Shown one piece after another: positions 62,507 through 64,000 of a stretch of 64,000 nucleotides of DNA. A model generated the notes under the pieces. It did no database searches, had not been told where the DNA came from, and saw only the letters and a program-made list of their open reading frames with translations. Each line of letters begins with the position of its first letter. The stretch's first letter is position 1. Origin of the DNA: Aggregatilineales bacterium (GTDB taxonomy: Bacteria > Chloroflexota > Anaerolineae > Aggregatilineales > Phototrophicaceae); assembly GCA_044227005.1 (NCBI GenBank), contig JBGAFZ010000010.1:3285-67284 (forward strand). Direction: 5' to 3'. A program made the translations under genes and the position numbers.

Positions 62507-62989
62507 ATGATGGCGAAAAAATCAACGAAGACCAAAACACCACCAAAGCGCTATACACCGCGCCAAACACGCAAGTTCCAACTCCGGCGTGATAATCCCG
62601 TTGATATCCACGTCTCGGAAATTCTAGACTATTCCCGCACCAAGCGCCGTGAGGTCACCGTCATCCGTGATGGCGTCCGTTTGCTCTGGGCACTCGAGAA
62701 TAATGATCTTAGTGTACTCTTTGAAATGTTTCCGCACCTTAAAAATCAATTCTTACCGGATGGCTTGAACCTGATCGAACAAATCCAATCGATGCTGTTA
62801 CAAACCCGCGTCATGCCATCCGACCAACCAGCAGGGCAGCCCGTTGGACTCAAAGCCCTCAACGCACCGACCTTCGCGCTCCCCACCTTTGATGATGAGG
62901 ATGACGAACTGCCAACACTTGTGACTACAAAAGGTTCTGCTCCAGATGCAGGCATCAACTTTCTGGGCGGGATCATGAGCTTACGATAA
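62507..62989 (+). CDS. Hypothetical basic protein upstream of the ParM-like gene
   Basis: Lys/Arg-rich N-terminus MAKKSTKTKTPPKRYTPRQTRKF and an acidic DDEDDE tail. Start is ATG 62507 or 62510 (the track ORF starts at TTG 62504). Confidence 0.6.
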   Translation: MMAKKSTKTKTPPKRYTPRQTRKFQLRRDNPVDIHVSEILDYSRTKRREVTVIRDGVRLLWALENNDLSVLFEMFPHLKNQFLPDGLNLIEQIQSMLLQTRVMPSDQPAGQPVGLKALNAPTFALPTFDDEDDELPTLVTTKGSAPDAGINFLGGIMSLR

Positions 62990-63022
62990 TCAACCATCCT
63001 ACGGGAGCAGGGAGCAAGAGCT

Positions 63023-64000
63023 ATGTCTGATTATATTGCCAGTGTAGACGCAGGAAACGGTGGTACCAACGCCGTTTTATCACAACCCAAAGGCTACAAA
63101 AGTTTTTACGAACCCTCCGTTCGCGCCGCAGCCTCCGGTGATAGCCTTGGGCTAGGGAAGGGCTGGGAACTCGATTACGAATACGTCGATTGGGACGGTC
63201 ATCGCTATGTCACAGGTGATGATGTCATTCGCATCACACGCCGCCAGCTTGAACATCACATCGGCGCCAACCGTTACGGCAACGAAATGCACCAATTCCT
63301 CGTCGCCAACGCCATCGCCCGCCTCGGCATCAAATCCGGCACCGTCGACTTAACCTTATTTACGCCACCCGGTCTCTTCAACGAACTCAAAGTGTTTGTC
63401 AAAGATCGCTTTAGTCAGCGCGGCGGAAAAGTTGAAATCAGCCTCAAAGGTGACAAGAAGCCCCGCAAATTTCAGTACGATGAGATTACCATTTGGCCGG
63501 AAGGTTTGGGCGCGGCTTCCTGCTTCGTACTCGATGACAAAGGGGATCTTATCCCATCTGATGTGCTCAGTGGGGAAGTCGTCATATTAGACCTCGGCGC
63601 ACATACCCTTGATGCGGTTCAACTGAGTAACGGCAACTTCAACGCCGAAAGCCTGCAACACGCCACATGGGAAGCCGGTGGTGTGCACGTCCACATCCGC
63701 GAGCCAATCCTGCGTGCGGTCAAGAAACAACTCGGTGACGATGCCGCCAATCTCAGCGTCGATGACATTGACCGCATCATCCGCCTCGGCAGCGTCAGCG
63801 GAGACTACACCTTAACCGTTGCCGGTTTAGACGCCGATCTCAAGCCGCTGGTGGATCGCTTCTGCGAACGTTATGCCGAATGGGTCAGCAACAACATCGC
63901 TGACGGTGTCTTTGACGGCTTCCGTGGTATCAAGTCAGTCATACTGGTGGGCGGCGGGGCAGGGCTGATCGAACCCTATTTGAGCAAGCAAACATGGTAC
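63023..64000 (+). CDS. ParM/StbA-type actin-like segregation ATPase (3' end beyond the window; absent from the ORF track)
   Basis: My own translation from ATG 63023 gives 326 codons with no stop up to the window end. Phosphate-1 SVDAGNGGTNAV, PEG(L)GA, phosphate-2 VVILDLGAHTLD, adenosine motif SVILVGGGAGLI. GGGAGCAGGGAG lies upstream. Confidence 0.8.
   Translation, partial: MSDYIASVDAGNGGTNAVLSQPKGYKSFYEPSVRAAASGDSLGLGKGWELDYEYVDWDGHRYVTGDDVIRITRRQLEHHIGANRYGNEMHQFLVANAIARLGIKSGTVDLTLFTPPGLFNELKVFVKDRFSQRGGKVEISLKGDKKPRKFQYDEITIWPEGLGAASCFVLDDKGDLIPSDVLSGEVVILDLGAHTLDAVQLSNGNFNAESLQHATWEAGGVHVHIREPILRAVKKQLGDDAANLSVDDIDRIIRLGSVSGDYTLTVAGLDADLKPLVDRFCERYAEWVSNNIADGVFDGFRGIKSVILVGGGAGLIEPYLSKQTWY

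Noticed and set aside
1-64000. Search for tRNA, rRNA, tmRNA, RNase P and SRP RNA, and for classic defence operons (cas, restriction-modification, retron RT, CBASS cyclase).
   Set aside because: I saw no T-loop or acceptor-type signatures, no conserved rRNA or RNase P strings, and no reverse transcriptase, cyclase, methylase or nuclease operons by eye. The absence was judged without tools and should be confirmed with tRNAscan, Infernal and DefenseFinder.

Overview
This is a 64-kb window of bacterial DNA at roughly 50% GC. The gene content and the style of the intergenic repeats suggest a filamentous Chloroflexota-type genome, but that is inference only. I did not recognise any rRNA, tRNA or CRISPR array. 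The window encodes five sensor histidine kinases: two multi-PAS, two tandem 7TM-PAS paralogs, and one NarL-type kinase with its LuxR-type regulator. It also encodes glycoside hydrolases (two GH2, one GH13, one GH29), oxidoreductases, transporters and many secreted or envelope proteins of unknown function. Seven things stand out. (1) At 5.3-9.4 kb there is an orphan WXG100 / type-VII-like module. It contains a YukD-like plus twin-FHA-like protein, a 533-aa protein whose C-terminal half carries PI3K/PI4K-type kinase-fold motifs, and two ESAT-6-like genes. No EssC/EccC ATPase lies nearby, and a 96-bp tandem repeat array splits the module. (2) At 31.1-36.8 kb four secreted hydrolase genes each follow the same leader, which could work as an anti-SD/SD switch. 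Three of the genes have homogenised ends and divergent cores. (3) There is a single-pass TIR-TM-TPR-PPC protein. (4) A family of small Cys-containing secreted proteins starts with DDGRIN after the signal peptide. (5) An orphan consensus promoter plus intrinsic terminator unit has no long ORF and is a candidate sRNA or Cys-rich micropeptide. (6) An IS1182-family element has 17-bp inverted repeats, a CTAT target duplication and an extra ORF. (7) At the right edge there is a plasmid- or phage-like module with an overlapping divergent promoter switch and a ParM/StbA actin-like ORF. That ORF runs off the window and is absent from the ORF track. Several dispersed intergenic repeat families are also present.
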